A stretch of DNA of 64,000 nt. Source: Acinetobacter phage Phab24. This document shows, piece after piece, positions 48,391 through 57,200 of the stretch. The notes under the pieces are model-generated. The model made no database searches. It had not been told where the DNA came from and worked only from the letters and a program-made list of their open reading frames with translations. The DNA lies in the sequence record MZ477002.1; one strand, given 5' to 3'. Each line of letters opens with the position of its first letter. The stretch's first letter is position 1. A program made the translations under genes and the position numbers.

Positions 48391-48882
48391 ATGACACAAT
48401 CGAATGAAGTAATGAAATTAGTTGGTGAATACCTTGCGGTTAAAAAGGAATATGAATCAAAACTAAGTCAATTAACTTCAAAACACATTGAAGCTTACGC
48501 AGAAATTATTGGTGAAAATCATGGTAACTTCGTATTAGTCGTTAGGGGTATGACCCCTACATTTAATGATGGTGATATTTGCGAACATAGTTATGATTAT
48601 AGTCTTGTAACTAGCCCTAATCGGTGGGGTTTTGATAACGATGACCTATACATCTATGACAGTTTCGATAATGATGATGTATATACAGAGTTGTTTGAGT
48701 ACGATGAAGAAAACAAAACAACAATTAATACATGTTACGTAAATAATAAAAGCTTTGAAGAGGGTATCACTAACTTCGCTTCATTTATTGATGATGTGAA
48801 TGATACAAACTATGAAGTACGAGTTAAGTACAAAGATGGTGTTGTTAGTTATGTATCAGAATATTGTGATCCTGATTATTAA
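48391..48882 (+). CDS. Hypothetical acidic protein
   Basis: MTQSNEVMK... after AGGAGATATGAA. The ORF-track start at 48211 lies inside the previous gene. Confidence 0.5.
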   Translation: MTQSNEVMKLVGEYLAVKKEYESKLSQLTSKHIEAYAEIIGENHGNFVLVVRGMTPTFNDGDICEHSYDYSLVTSPNRWGFDNDDLYIYDSFDNDDVYTELFEYDEENKTTINTCYVNNKSFEEGITNFASFIDDVNDTNYEVRVKYKDGVVSYVSEYCDPDY

Positions 48883-48902
48883 TTAATATATTATTAACAC
48901 AA

Positions 48903-48935
48903 GACGGGTAGCTTATGTTATCCGTTTTCTTTTGG
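48903..48935 (+). terminator. Rho-independent terminator (imperfect stem)
   Basis: ACGGGTAGC-TTAT-GTTATCCGT hairpin (9 bp with two G-U pairs) followed by TTTCTTTT. Confidence 0.45.
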
Positions 48936-49435
48936 AGAAATATATGGAACACGTAAAAACACTGTCTTCAGCAACACTTTTAAGAACAAAAAACATTCCA
49001 CTAACTTACTGTAAATATAAAAAAGTTTTATCCGAAGACCATCTCAAGTCAGTTGTTTGTAATTTCCACCCTACTATTCAGTTAATTATACATGAAATAT
49101 TAAAACATACAGAAGGATTATTTGAGAAGTATGATCACTGTTATCTTAATGTTAAAGTTCGTGATCTGAAAACTGGAGATTCAGGTGACGACCTTAATCA
49201 AGTTCATTTAGATTGGACAAATGATCCTAATCACCCTAATAAAGAAGAAACACACTTCTTATACACAAGTACAGGTGGTACAAAGTTCTATGTATATGAT
49301 GAAGTTATTGGTGAAACATTACCGAACAGTATTTATAAATATCATCGTGAATATCATCAAAGTCCGCGTGTAAAAAGTGCTTGCAAAAGAGTTATGATTC
49401 GATTATCATTTGTAGACACTTTATGTCAGAGGTAA
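48932..49435 (+). CDS. Hypothetical protein (possible HxD...H metal site)
   Basis: 167 aa. VHLDWTNDPNHPNKEETHF is weakly 2OG-oxygenase-like. Confidence 0.45.
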   Translation: MEKYMEHVKTLSSATLLRTKNIPLTYCKYKKVLSEDHLKSVVCNFHPTIQLIIHEILKHTEGLFEKYDHCYLNVKVRDLKTGDSGDDLNQVHLDWTNDPNHPNKEETHFLYTSTGGTKFYVYDEVIGETLPNSIYKYHREYHQSPRVKSACKRVMIRLSFVDTLCQR

Positions 49436-49463
49436 ATCTCATGAAACATTCTGGAGAAAGTTA

Positions 49464-49976
49464 ATGGAAATTATGTGGATCATATTATCAATTATGTTTG
49501 GAATAGTAGCTACAATCTTTGTACACGACTTTATCAATAATGATGGAAAATCAAAATCTAAAAAATCACCTATAACATTTGTAAGAACAAGGGGTTTAGA
49601 GTCTCTAAAAGCTGAATACAAAGCTAATTATCTTTGGGCTTGTAAAACATTTGGAGTGTCCCATAGTGTATTTACTGACACATCTGAAACAGAATATGGT
49701 GGTAGGTATTGGTTGTATAAGCATGTAGTACGAATAGGCGATTCATACGGAGGTAAATATTTATACCCTCATAATTTACCATTCCCAAAAACACAGATTT
49801 CTGAAACAGGACTCTGTTTTGATAAAGAAGCTCCTACTTGGGTGTATTCTTTCATGGTTGAATTTAACGAAATTGTAAACAAGGTTAGGGACTTTCACAA
49901 TTCAGAAGATATTAAACTTTACATCAAGTACGGTGTAAGTTATAAATGTCTTATGAGAAACATTATTGGAGATTAA
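49464..49976 (+). CDS. Single-pass membrane protein, tandem paralog A
   Basis: N-terminal TM helix (IILSIMFGIVATIFV). The C-terminal LYIKYGVSYKCLMRNII matches LYKKYKINYTNLLTNIL of the next gene. Confidence 0.5.
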   Translation: MEIMWIILSIMFGIVATIFVHDFINNDGKSKSKKSPITFVRTRGLESLKAEYKANYLWACKTFGVSHSVFTDTSETEYGGRYWLYKHVVRIGDSYGGKYLYPHNLPFPKTQISETGLCFDKEAPTWVYSFMVEFNEIVNKVRDFHNSEDIKLYIKYGVSYKCLMRNIIGD

Positions 49977-49977
49977 A

Positions 49978-50460
49978 ATGGTTTGGTTATTATTCATATT
50001 ATGTATAGCAATCGCTCTATTCATATGGTTTATTATTTTTAGTGGTGATAAATTGGAGACAGAGAAAACTTTACATGGTTCAACCTACGTAAAAGCAAAT
50101 AATAAAGAGAAGTTTATTCTTAATTATCAATGGTGTGTTGAAAATTTAACATTAAACTACAAGAATTTGTTTATTGATTATGAGCAATATCTCGATGATT
50201 CTAGACGTTTTGATTATTTTATTGTTTATAAACTGTCTAACTATCAGGCAACTTACTCGTTCAAAGAGTTAGGAAATCTTAATGTAAAAGTAACTAATGG
50301 TGCCGGTTATGATTGTGGAAATGTAAATGCATTTTATAACAAGTTTAACAGTAAGGTAGAAGCAATACGTAAACTTTTAGATCAACAAGATATGATTTTA
50401 TATAAAAAATATAAAATTAATTATACAAACTTGTTGACAAACATTTTAAAAAACAAGTAA
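49978..50460 (+). CDS. Single-pass membrane protein, tandem paralog B
   Basis: N-terminal TM helix (LLFILCIAIALFIWFIIF). Same architecture as paralog A. Confidence 0.5.
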   Translation: MVWLLFILCIAIALFIWFIIFSGDKLETEKTLHGSTYVKANNKEKFILNYQWCVENLTLNYKNLFIDYEQYLDDSRRFDYFIVYKLSNYQATYSFKELGNLNVKVTNGAGYDCGNVNAFYNKFNSKVEAIRKLLDQQDMILYKKYKINYTNLLTNILKNK

Positions 50461-50527
50461 TATACAAACACACAAGGAGAGAGAAATTTATTCTCCTCCC
50501 AATTTAATTAAACAAAGGAGAGACATT

Positions 50528-51211
50528 ATGTCATGGTTATCTAAATTACTTTCAGTATCATCTAACGTAGTAACTGAGAAAGCTGAAAAAGTGTTGGACA
50601 ATGTAGTAGATATTAAACGTGAAGGTGGAGCAATTATTCGTAAGATTGACGGTAAAGTTACGGCACTTCGCACACGTTTAACTGAAGCACAAACTCAAGT
50701 TCAAATGAACAAAGATGAAATTAAAACTTTAAATCAACAAGTAGCATTAATGAATGAAACAGCAGCTCGTGCCGTTAAAGCTGGTAATGATGAAGATGCT
50801 ATTCAAGCACTCAATCGTGCAGAGTTGTTTACTGAAACAATCAATAGCTTACAGCAATCTAACGATATTTTAGAACCTGTTATTGCACAACAGTTAAATT
50901 ATATCCAAACACTGGAAGCTGAGAAGCGCAGTTTAGAGACAGAGATTCGTAGAATGGCTATTGAAGAAAAAGCTTATAATTTACGCGCTGATATGTTGGG
51001 TGGTGTTGATGGAACATTTGGTTATAATATTGATGATCTACGTAAACGTGTACAGAAAGCTAAAGCATCCGTAGAAGCTAAAGAGATTATTTCTGAGAAA
51101 CTTGGTGAGAACGTTGAGAAGAAATATGAATCAGCTCCTCGTGCTTCAATTGAAAGTAAACTTGAGGCATTGAAATTACAGCATGGTAAATCAGAAACTA
51201 CTTCTGAATAA
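50528..51211 (+). CDS. PspA/IM30 (Vipp1/ESCRT-III-like) family protein
   Basis: N-terminal amphipathic MSWLSKLLSVSSNVVTEKAEKVLDN compares with E. coli PspA [25 protein letters not shown]. The rest is a long coiled coil (AIQALNRAELF..., LEAEKRSLETEIRRMAIEEKAYNLRADM). Length of 227 aa is typical. Confidence 0.6.
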   Translation: MSWLSKLLSVSSNVVTEKAEKVLDNVVDIKREGGAIIRKIDGKVTALRTRLTEAQTQVQMNKDEIKTLNQQVALMNETAARAVKAGNDEDAIQALNRAELFTETINSLQQSNDILEPVIAQQLNYIQTLEAEKRSLETEIRRMAIEEKAYNLRADMLGGVDGTFGYNIDDLRKRVQKAKASVEAKEIISEKLGENVEKKYESAPRASIESKLEALKLQHGKSETTSE

Positions 51212-51237
51212 TATTTAAAATTAAGACAAGCTTAAAA

Positions 51238-51266
51238 TTAAGACACCTTCGGGTGTCTTTTTTATT
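51238..51266 (+). terminator. Rho-independent terminator
   Basis: AGACACC-TTCG-GGTGTCT hairpin followed by TTTTTTATT. Confidence 0.75.
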
Positions 51267-51330
51267 GACAATAGTTTTATGCCATGTCATACTCTATAAA
51301 TCATCTACACTGAGTAATAGGAATAGTATT

Positions 51331-51522
51331 ATGACTATTAAAGAGTTAAATAAATTATATCTTAAATGGAATAGTGGGACTAGACAGCAGTTATTTGGAC
51401 AATATGTTTTAGCTAACTCTGTATTATCACACCATTTAACTGAAGAACAATGTAATTATATTTATTATGAGACTAACAGTGTTGTTGCTTATAATAAAAT
51501 TTTATTAATTTGTACTGACTAA
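51331..51522 (+). CDS. Hypothetical small protein
   Basis: MTIKELNKL... after TAGGAATAGTATT. Lies downstream of a TTGACA-containing promoter-like region at 51266. Confidence 0.4.
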   Translation: MTIKELNKLYLKWNSGTRQQLFGQYVLANSVLSHHLTEEQCNYIYYETNSVVAYNKILLICTD

Positions 51523-51532
51523 GGAGAAAACT

Positions 51533-52114
51533 ATGATATATGGATTTGGTGTCAATGATGTTCCAGAAAAGACATGGGATATTATTAATGGTAAACGAGT
51601 TATTAATCCATACTATGATCGATGGAAAAACTTAATTCGAAGATGTTATAGTGAGAAGTTACACGGTAAACGTCCAAATTATGTAAACACAGTTGTATCT
51701 GATGAGTGGAAATATTTTTCTATTTTTAAAGAATGGATGGTTTTGCAAAACTGGAAAGGGATGCATTTGGATAAAGATTTAATAGGCAATGGAAAAGAGT
51801 ATTCAAAAGATACTTGTTTATTCATACACCCGTCAGTAAATACTTTTATAACGGATAGAGGTAATTATCGAAGTTCAAAACTACCAATTGGTGTTTATTT
51901 AGAAAATAATGGTAAATACAAATCACACATTAACGAGTTTAATACTGGAAAAACTAGATATCTTGGAACTTTTGATACACCAGAAGAAGCTTTTAATTGT
52001 TGGTTTAAAAACAAATTAATTGAAGCTAAGAAATTAACTGGATTACAAGGTGCAGAACATCTTGAAAGTTTTTATGAACGTAATTATAATGATTATTTAA
52101 CAGGTAAAAAATAG
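51533..52114 (+). CDS. Homing-endonuclease-like protein with an AP2-type DNA-binding domain (paralog 2)
   Basis: YDRWKNLIRRCYSEK..., VSDEWKYFSIFKEWM, LDKDLIGNGKEYSKDTCLFIHP, GVYLENNGKYKSHINEFNTGKTRYLGTFDTPEEA. Confidence 0.55.
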   Translation: MIYGFGVNDVPEKTWDIINGKRVINPYYDRWKNLIRRCYSEKLHGKRPNYVNTVVSDEWKYFSIFKEWMVLQNWKGMHLDKDLIGNGKEYSKDTCLFIHPSVNTFITDRGNYRSSKLPIGVYLENNGKYKSHINEFNTGKTRYLGTFDTPEEAFNCWFKNKLIEAKKLTGLQGAEHLESFYERNYNDYLTGKK

Positions 52115-52124
52115 GAGAACAGAA

Positions 52125-52796
52125 GTGGGGAGCGACATCTGGTATAATTTTCAAAATAAACAAGGTGATGAGTGGGTTAATTTAGACCTTGACACCTCAT
52201 CAGAACTTGTTGAAACAGAAACAGGTTGGCAATTCAAAAAGAAACAATTTAGAATTGGTCGTCACTATCAATTATTTGCTGTATTAGCTGACGTAAGAAA
52301 TGGTTATGGTTTTGCTGGATGTATTACAGGTATTCCAGTTGTGCCTATTTCAAAACCACGTGGTTTGCCAGATGATATTGAAGCCGAGCGATATGACGAA
52401 GATGATGACTATTGGTATAACGATTATGGTAATCATTCATACTCATGGTTATTAGGTACTGAGATGTTAGATTGGTGGAAAACAGCACCAACTGTCACAA
52501 AGATCGGTATCCTAACCCTTGAAGATTTTCTTAATTGGGATGGTAAATCAGAATATGAAGGTTCATGGTGTGGCGGTATTAGTGGTAATGGTGTTCATGT
52601 TTATGACACACTTGAGAAAGACGATGCGTGGATAATTCGAAACTTAGACTTTAAACAATATTCACATATCACACATGTCAGAACATCTTGGCAAGTTGAT
52701 TTAAAGAATGAATTATCATATTTCTTTGACGGGATGATTAAACCTCTTGTTGATGAGTATGGTGAAATTCGTTTTGTATTTGGTTTTGATTCTTGA
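52125..52796 (+). CDS. Hypothetical protein
   Basis: 223-aa Trp/Asp-rich ORF. Confidence 0.55.
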   Translation: MGSDIWYNFQNKQGDEWVNLDLDTSSELVETETGWQFKKKQFRIGRHYQLFAVLADVRNGYGFAGCITGIPVVPISKPRGLPDDIEAERYDEDDDYWYNDYGNHSYSWLLGTEMLDWWKTAPTVTKIGILTLEDFLNWDGKSEYEGSWCGGISGNGVHVYDTLEKDDAWIIRNLDFKQYSHITHVRTSWQVDLKNELSYFFDGMIKPLVDEYGEIRFVFGFDS

Positions 52797-52821
52797 GTTA
52801 AGGAAGTTATAGGAAGTTATT

Positions 52822-53028
52822 ATGAAATTAGAGAAAGATATTCAAAAAGAGATAGATCGTCTTTGGGATGTTTACAATGAATCTATTGATAAAATGGTAG
52901 AATCTGGAACTAAAGATGAAAATGCTTGGATTATGAGCGTATGTGCCTATACTCGACTTGATGCTTTAAATTGGGTTTTAGAAAAATGTGAAGAAGGAAT
53001 ATTAATATGTATGTTGTATCGTTTGTAA
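52822..53028 (+). CDS. Hypothetical small protein
   Basis: 68-aa ORF with a GGAAG RBS. Confidence 0.45.
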   Translation: MKLEKDIQKEIDRLWDVYNESIDKMVESGTKDENAWIMSVCAYTRLDALNWVLEKCEEGILICMLYRL

Positions 53029-53216
53029 TTGGTTTATTTCTACTGTGTTCATTTCCAACAGTAGTGTCTCTGATATATATTGCTTTTCGTGAAAAAGAGC
53101 TGGATAAACTATCTAAAGAATATTCGTTAATAGGTGTAATTGTTAGTGGTTTGTTATTACAATTAGTAGTTTGTTTTATTACAGTAATGGTTCTTCTGTC
53201 ACACATTCTTGCTTGA
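53007..53216 (+). CDS. Small membrane protein (two TM helices)
   Basis: VVSFVIGLFLLCSFPTVVSLIYIAF and LIGVIVSGLLLQLVVCFITVMVLL. Confidence 0.45.
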   Translation: MYVVSFVIGLFLLCSFPTVVSLIYIAFREKELDKLSKEYSLIGVIVSGLLLQLVVCFITVMVLLSHILA

Positions 53217-53243
53217 CAAATATAAGTTAAAACATTAACATAC

Positions 53244-53270
53244 AAGAGAGCCGAAGCTCTCTTTTTATTT
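53244..53270 (+). terminator. Rho-independent terminator
   Basis: AGAGAGC-CGAA-GCTCTCT hairpin followed by TTTTTATTTT. Confidence 0.7.
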
Positions 53271-53285
53271 TACAGGAGTTATATA

Positions 53286-54044
53286 ATGTCTTTAACAAAC
53301 AATATCACTAAACAAACACCAATTCGTGTTCTGTGTGCTTTTGATAACCCTTCGGCAATCCGTCCTAAACTGACATCTAAGGCTGCTAAAGTGCTAGATT
53401 ATACGTTAGACTACTTTATACAGAACTATTGCTCTAATCGAAGCGCATATAGCTTAAAAGAAGTTTATATCGAAGAATATAACTATATTCTAATGCAGCT
53501 ATGTTTGAATGATGTGATCTCGTTATCAGATATTACTCACGGGAACGGCATTAAGACAATCACAAACATCCATGACGATTACTTAAAGCTGTGTGAACCC
53601 TCTACAATTTCGATCTTTGAACGTACAGGAATTAACTTAGATTACGAATTAGATTTACGCAACACCAACGAAGCATTTAGTCAATTGTGTGTAGATACTA
53701 ACAAAGTACCATTTGATACGTATGTATCTATTAAACTTTTACATAAACAAATCCAGTGTGCAAGACGAGGTATTGAGTTTGCTTTAACATTCTCTGATAT
53801 GAAAAGATTAATGTCTCGTAAACGTTGTTATTATTCTGGTGTTGAATTAACAGTAGATGGTTTGCATTCTTTATCTTTAGATCGTATTGACAGCACAAAA
53901 GGGTACAATAGCGAAAATACAGTTGCTTGTTCTGCATACATTAATGCGTTGAAGAATGAAGTGTTAGAAAGCAAGGTTGCTACTCGTGACATTTCACCAA
54001 AAGAATTGAAACGAGTGTTATTGAAGTTTGCTGAAATGTTATAA
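53286..54044 (+). CDS. Protein with a C-terminal HNH-like zinc-finger nuclease/DNA-binding domain
   Basis: CARRGIEFALTFSDMKRLMSRKRCYYSGVEL......SLDRIDSTKGYNSENTVACSAYINALK resembles the HNH motif arrangement (C..rG....LT..d...l....CyYtG..L......s.DRID...gY...N.v.c....N..K). Confidence 0.45.
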   Translation: MSLTNNITKQTPIRVLCAFDNPSAIRPKLTSKAAKVLDYTLDYFIQNYCSNRSAYSLKEVYIEEYNYILMQLCLNDVISLSDITHGNGIKTITNIHDDYLKLCEPSTISIFERTGINLDYELDLRNTNEAFSQLCVDTNKVPFDTYVSIKLLHKQIQCARRGIEFALTFSDMKRLMSRKRCYYSGVELTVDGLHSLSLDRIDSTKGYNSENTVACSAYINALKNEVLESKVATRDISPKELKRVLLKFAEML

Positions 54045-54052
54045 ACAACAGA

Positions 54053-54088
54053 TATAAAAAAGCCCTGCTCATGCAGGGTTTCTTTTTG
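54053..54088. terminator. Bidirectional rho-independent terminator between convergent blocks
   Basis: AGCCCTGC-TCAT-GCAGGGT hairpin with ATAAAAAA upstream and TTCTTTTT downstream. Confidence 0.7.
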
Positions 54089-54096
54089 AATAAATA

Positions 54097-54315
54097 TTAA
54101 TTTAATTTCTCAAACTGAAATCCATCGAAGTCTTCCGTACTTAGAGGCATAACAAAAAGATAACCCACCCGATTATCTTGATATTTAAACTGTACAAAGT
54201 GTTCACCAACATCCGTAACTTCATAAACAGAAGAAGAAAGGCGTGACTTAATAATATTACCTTTCTTTAGTAAGCTCCAATCTTTTAACAACGAAAGTTG
54301 CTTTTTACTTAGCAT
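54097..54315 (-). CDS. Hypothetical small protein
   Basis: 72-aa ORF. Confidence 0.45.
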   Translation of the reverse strand: MLSKKQLSLLKDWSLLKKGNIIKSRLSSSVYEVTDVGEHFVQFKYQDNRVGYLFVMPLSTEDFDGFQFEKLN

Positions 54316-54683
54316 AATTCCTCCAACAAGAATGAAATGATTTCATTATGTACATATTCTTTTTCATCTTCAGATAACTCTAAAGTCTCACCACAACAGT
54401 TTACAACTTCTAAATCATAATCTAAAGTATCTTCATCAATCTCAATCCATCCGCTACCTTCTACTCCATAACTATCTGCTCTTAAATCAACATTGTTAAC
54501 TGTTACATAGATTACCCAATCATTAGAGTTAATATCAACATAATTAAATTCAATGTTGTCTGCTGTATTACCATACTTTTCAATTTTGATGTGGTTCATA
54601 GCATTGTTCATAGTGTATCTCCTGTGTATGAATATAATATATAGGAACACAAAAAACATGTCAACATCTTTCGACATTGACAT
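54309..54683 (-). CDS. Hypothetical acidic protein
   Basis: 124-aa ORF. Confidence 0.5.
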   Translation of the reverse strand: MSMSKDVDMFFVFLYIIFIHRRYTMNNAMNHIKIEKYGNTADNIEFNYVDINSNDWVIYVTVNNVDLRADSYGVEGSGWIEIDEDTLDYDLEVVNCCGETLELSEDEKEYVHNEIISFLLEELC

Positions 54684-54730
54684 GTAAAATAATCTAAGTT
54701 AATTTTTTAGTAGCTTACCTAAAGATACAA

Positions 54731-55021
54731 CTAACTGTTAATCTCAAGGCTGTTCATTTCAGATACAAACTTCTTATTACCACACGAAAATTCAAGAATA
54801 TTTGAAATGTTAAATGATCGGTATTCTTTCTTTTCACAATCAAAGACACGAATAGTATTTTCATTTAGTTTAGATAGTTTACGTTTGTTTGGTTTTTTAG
54901 ACAGGAACTTCTTGATTCCTGTTTTTGCGAACATTGTGCGAACCTCACCGTTAGCTTTTATAAATTTAACCATAAACATGCGTGAGTTGGTTGACATAAT
55001 TAAAGATTTTAAATTTTCCAT
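54731..55021 (-). CDS. Hypothetical basic protein
   Basis: 96-aa ORF. Confidence 0.5.
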   Translation of the reverse strand: MENLKSLIMSTNSRMFMVKFIKANGEVRTMFAKTGIKKFLSKKPNKRKLSKLNENTIRVFDCEKKEYRSFNISNILEFSCGNKKFVSEMNSLEINS

Positions 55022-55059
55022 AACACGTTCCTCTTGTTGATATGATAAATATACTTGAA

Positions 55060-55251
55060 TTATTTATATTCGTCAAGCTCTGATTCTTTAAACCATAAAT
55101 TTAATGGTGTTATTTTATACCAACGTTCGTTATGGTTAGTATAACATTCACTTATAACACCAGTCTCAAGTAAATATTCTCCACAATTAACCATAACGAA
55201 GACTTGATTCTTGTATTGAATAAGTCCTTCTAGTTTATCTTCAGTGTTCAT
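55060..55251 (-). CDS. Hypothetical small protein
   Basis: 63-aa ORF. Confidence 0.45.
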   Translation of the reverse strand: MNTEDKLEGLIQYKNQVFVMVNCGEYLLETGVISECYTNHNERWYKITPLNLWFKESELDEYK

Positions 55252-55487
55252 TACAAACTCTCCTGTAAATAAGAAATATATCCATCAATAACTCTCAACA
55301 TGTTTGGTGATGTTTTAACAAGTTCTTTATCAAAACACGCTTCAACTCTCAGTGATTCCAATTTATCAAACACTTCTGTATCTGTTAAATATGAATCTTC
55401 AAGATATCCCTTTATTTTATTAAATATTGTTGATAGTTTTAAGTCAATATCTTCATACCAACAGTCAGGTGTTTTTATTTCACTCAT
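55251..55487 (-). CDS. Hypothetical small protein
   Basis: Likely start MSEIKTPDCWY. The ORF-track start at 55526 is 13 codons upstream. Confidence 0.45.
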   Translation of the reverse strand: MSEIKTPDCWYEDIDLKLSTIFNKIKGYLEDSYLTDTEVFDKLESLRVEACFDKELVKTSPNMLRVIDGYISYLQESL

Positions 55488-55659
55488 CCTCACTTTCCTC
55501 TTTAACTTCTTCAGCATTAACAACAATAGCGGTTAAATCTGGATAGTCTTGTTGTAAGTATTGAATAGCTAATTCTTTTGCATGCTCTTCACTACAAGCT
55601 GTAGTTATGGTGAAGCTGACATAACCCATTACACTCAAATCTATGTTGTAATCACTCAT
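55480..55659 (-). CDS. Small acidic protein (about 59 aa, hand-translated)
   Basis: MSDYNIDLSVMGYVSFTITTACSEEHAKELAIQYLQQDYPDLTAIVVNAEEVKEESEDE. Start overlaps the stop of 55656..56108. Confidence 0.35.
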   Translation of the reverse strand: MSDYNIDLSVMGYVSFTITTACSEEHAKELAIQYLQQDYPDLTAIVVNAEEVKEESEDE

Positions 55660-56108
55660 CCCTCAGCTCCAGATTCGCTTGCTTCAACAGCCTTACATAT
55701 GGCTTGTTGATCATCATTCATAATGTTTTCATCATCGTGAGTGTTATTTGGATGGCACATTGCTATGCCAATATGACCAATTGTTCGTTCTGCAACATCT
55801 TTCGGCACAACAACATGCGTATCTGGCACAGCCTGATCATTATTAATCTGTGCATACAAATCTTGTCTTTCATCAAGCAATTCAGTGATTCGATCTTGAA
55901 GGCGACCAATCTCAAAAGATTGTTGCACCACCTGAGCTTTGACTTTTTCTTGCCATGCGTACCAAGCTCCATTGATAAATGATTCTGCACATGAGTTGAA
56001 TGGTAAGTTGTAGAAATCACCATTAAAATGAGATTTTTCTTCATTTAGTATTTCTGCAATTTCAGACAAGTTCTCAAACTCACTTCTTAACTTATTTAAA
56101 TCTTTCAT
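55656..56108 (-). CDS. NGAWYAWQ-motif protein (paralogous to part of 32323..32886)
   Basis: INGAWYAWQEKVKAQVVQQSFEIGRLQDRITELL matches VNGAWYAFQHQQAKVCSLEEQVEELQKQL. C-terminal HIGIAMCHPNNTHDD. Confidence 0.5.
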   Translation of the reverse strand: MKDLNKLRSEFENLSEIAEILNEEKSHFNGDFYNLPFNSCAESFINGAWYAWQEKVKAQVVQQSFEIGRLQDRITELLDERQDLYAQINNDQAVPDTHVVVPKDVAERTIGHIGIAMCHPNNTHDDENIMNDDQQAICKAVEASESGAEG

Positions 56109-56293
56109 TTTAAACCCTCAGCTTTTGCATAAAAATAACCAGTAAAACAAATTTGTATTTTCTCATTTATGAACGTAGGTACTTCATTAATCCATTCATA
56201 ACTTTTATCAGTCTTTTCAAACAAGTCTGTACAAAGTTTTGACTCAAGAAAATCAAGAAGAATTAAATTAACCACTTCATTTCTAGTTTTCAT
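56105..56293 (-). CDS. Hypothetical small protein
   Basis: 62-aa ORF. Confidence 0.4.
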   Translation of the reverse strand: MKTRNEVVNLILLDFLESKLCTDLFEKTDKSYEWINEVPTFINEKIQICFTGYFYAKAEGLK

Positions 56294-56499
56294 TTCAAAT
56301 CTCCAAATAAAAAGGACACATCGTTATCGACATGTCCTTATATTATTAGATTAAATTTTATTTGTCAAATTAATTTTACAGTAACTCTTCTAAAAATGGG
56401 AAGTGTTTTAGAATCTGTTCTTTAGCCTTACGAGCAACATCAACTACTTCTTTCTGGGCTGTCCCTTCATCATCACGAACATTAATGAAATGTAGCCAT

Positions 56500-57012
56500 T
56501 TAAGAACCATGTCCCTCTCCATATCCTAACTCTTTCTGCTTAGTATACCTAAAATCACAAGCAGCAGCAAAAGCGTCTTCATACTTCTTGGTAGAAAAAT
56601 ACTTCACTTTGTTTTTACCACCTTCGACCCAACGCACACGAAAATACAAAGTACCTGAAGAGTTATAATACTCACTAACACCAATAAACCCCGATGTGTT
56701 ATTGCTCGGCTTTCTTCTGTTCTTTGCTTGCTCGCCTTTTTCAATCCAAGTACAATTACTCTTACAATAATCTCCGTTTACATCAATTCTTTCCAAAGTA
56801 AGTCCTTCTGAATATGTTGAATACATGTCGTTTTTGAATCCAGAGAAATCGGACCAAGAATCATCATAACTTATACCTCTACCACCATAACAGTAATAAA
56901 AATCGTGGTTTATGTTATCACAACGATATTTCATATTTTCCCAAATATCGTAAAACTTTGAGTTCGACATATTATGTTTAGTATTCCTCTCCAATAACCT
57001 ATCCCTTATCAA
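56500..57012 (-). CDS. Homing-endonuclease-like protein with an AP2-type domain (paralog 3, C-terminal part)
   Basis: YDIWENMKYRCDN...YGGRGISYDDSWSDFSGFKNDM and SGFIGVSEY...LYFRVRWVEGGKNKVKYFSTKKYEDAFAAA (AP2-like). Confidence 0.5.
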   Translation of the reverse strand: MIRDRLLERNTKHNMSNSKFYDIWENMKYRCDNINHDFYYCYGGRGISYDDSWSDFSGFKNDMYSTYSEGLTLERIDVNGDYCKSNCTWIEKGEQAKNRRKPSNNTSGFIGVSEYYNSSGTLYFRVRWVEGGKNKVKYFSTKKYEDAFAAACDFRYTKQKELGYGEGHGS

Positions 57013-57200
57013 ACACCCACAAGATTTCGTATTTCCAGTTTTAAAGAGTTTTCTCTAACTTCTACATTACTTCCACAATCGCACCGACAAAACCAAGCTC
57101 TATAACGCCCTTTAATCTTCTTAGTCTCATGTAAAACAAGCAATCTTCCGTATTTATTTCCAGATAAATCGTCAGTATTTTTCAAAATAAACCTCAACAA
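57009..57200 (-). CDS. Zn-binding N-terminal module typical of phage HNH-family endonucleases (possibly the N-terminal half of 56500..57012)
   Basis: GNKYGRLLVLHE....RYRAWFCRCDCGSNVEV fits the G..YG.L.V......g....W.C.CdCG motif. The stop overlaps the next start in an ATGA arrangement. Confidence 0.4.
   Translation of the reverse strand: MLRFILKNTDDLSGNKYGRLLVLHETKKIKGRYRAWFCRCDCGSNVEVRENSLKLEIRNLVGV

Noticed and set aside
53731-56044. ORFs 53731..53937(-), 54807..55040(+), 55300..55536(+), 55704..55982(+), 55763..56044(-), 58053..58304(+), 59785..60045(+), 60992..61372(+), 61386..61595(+), 63027..63221(+) and 63457..63666(+)
   Set aside because: Opposite-strand or alternative-frame overlaps of better-supported genes. 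Typical AT-rich artefacts (Ile/Phe/Asn/His-rich).
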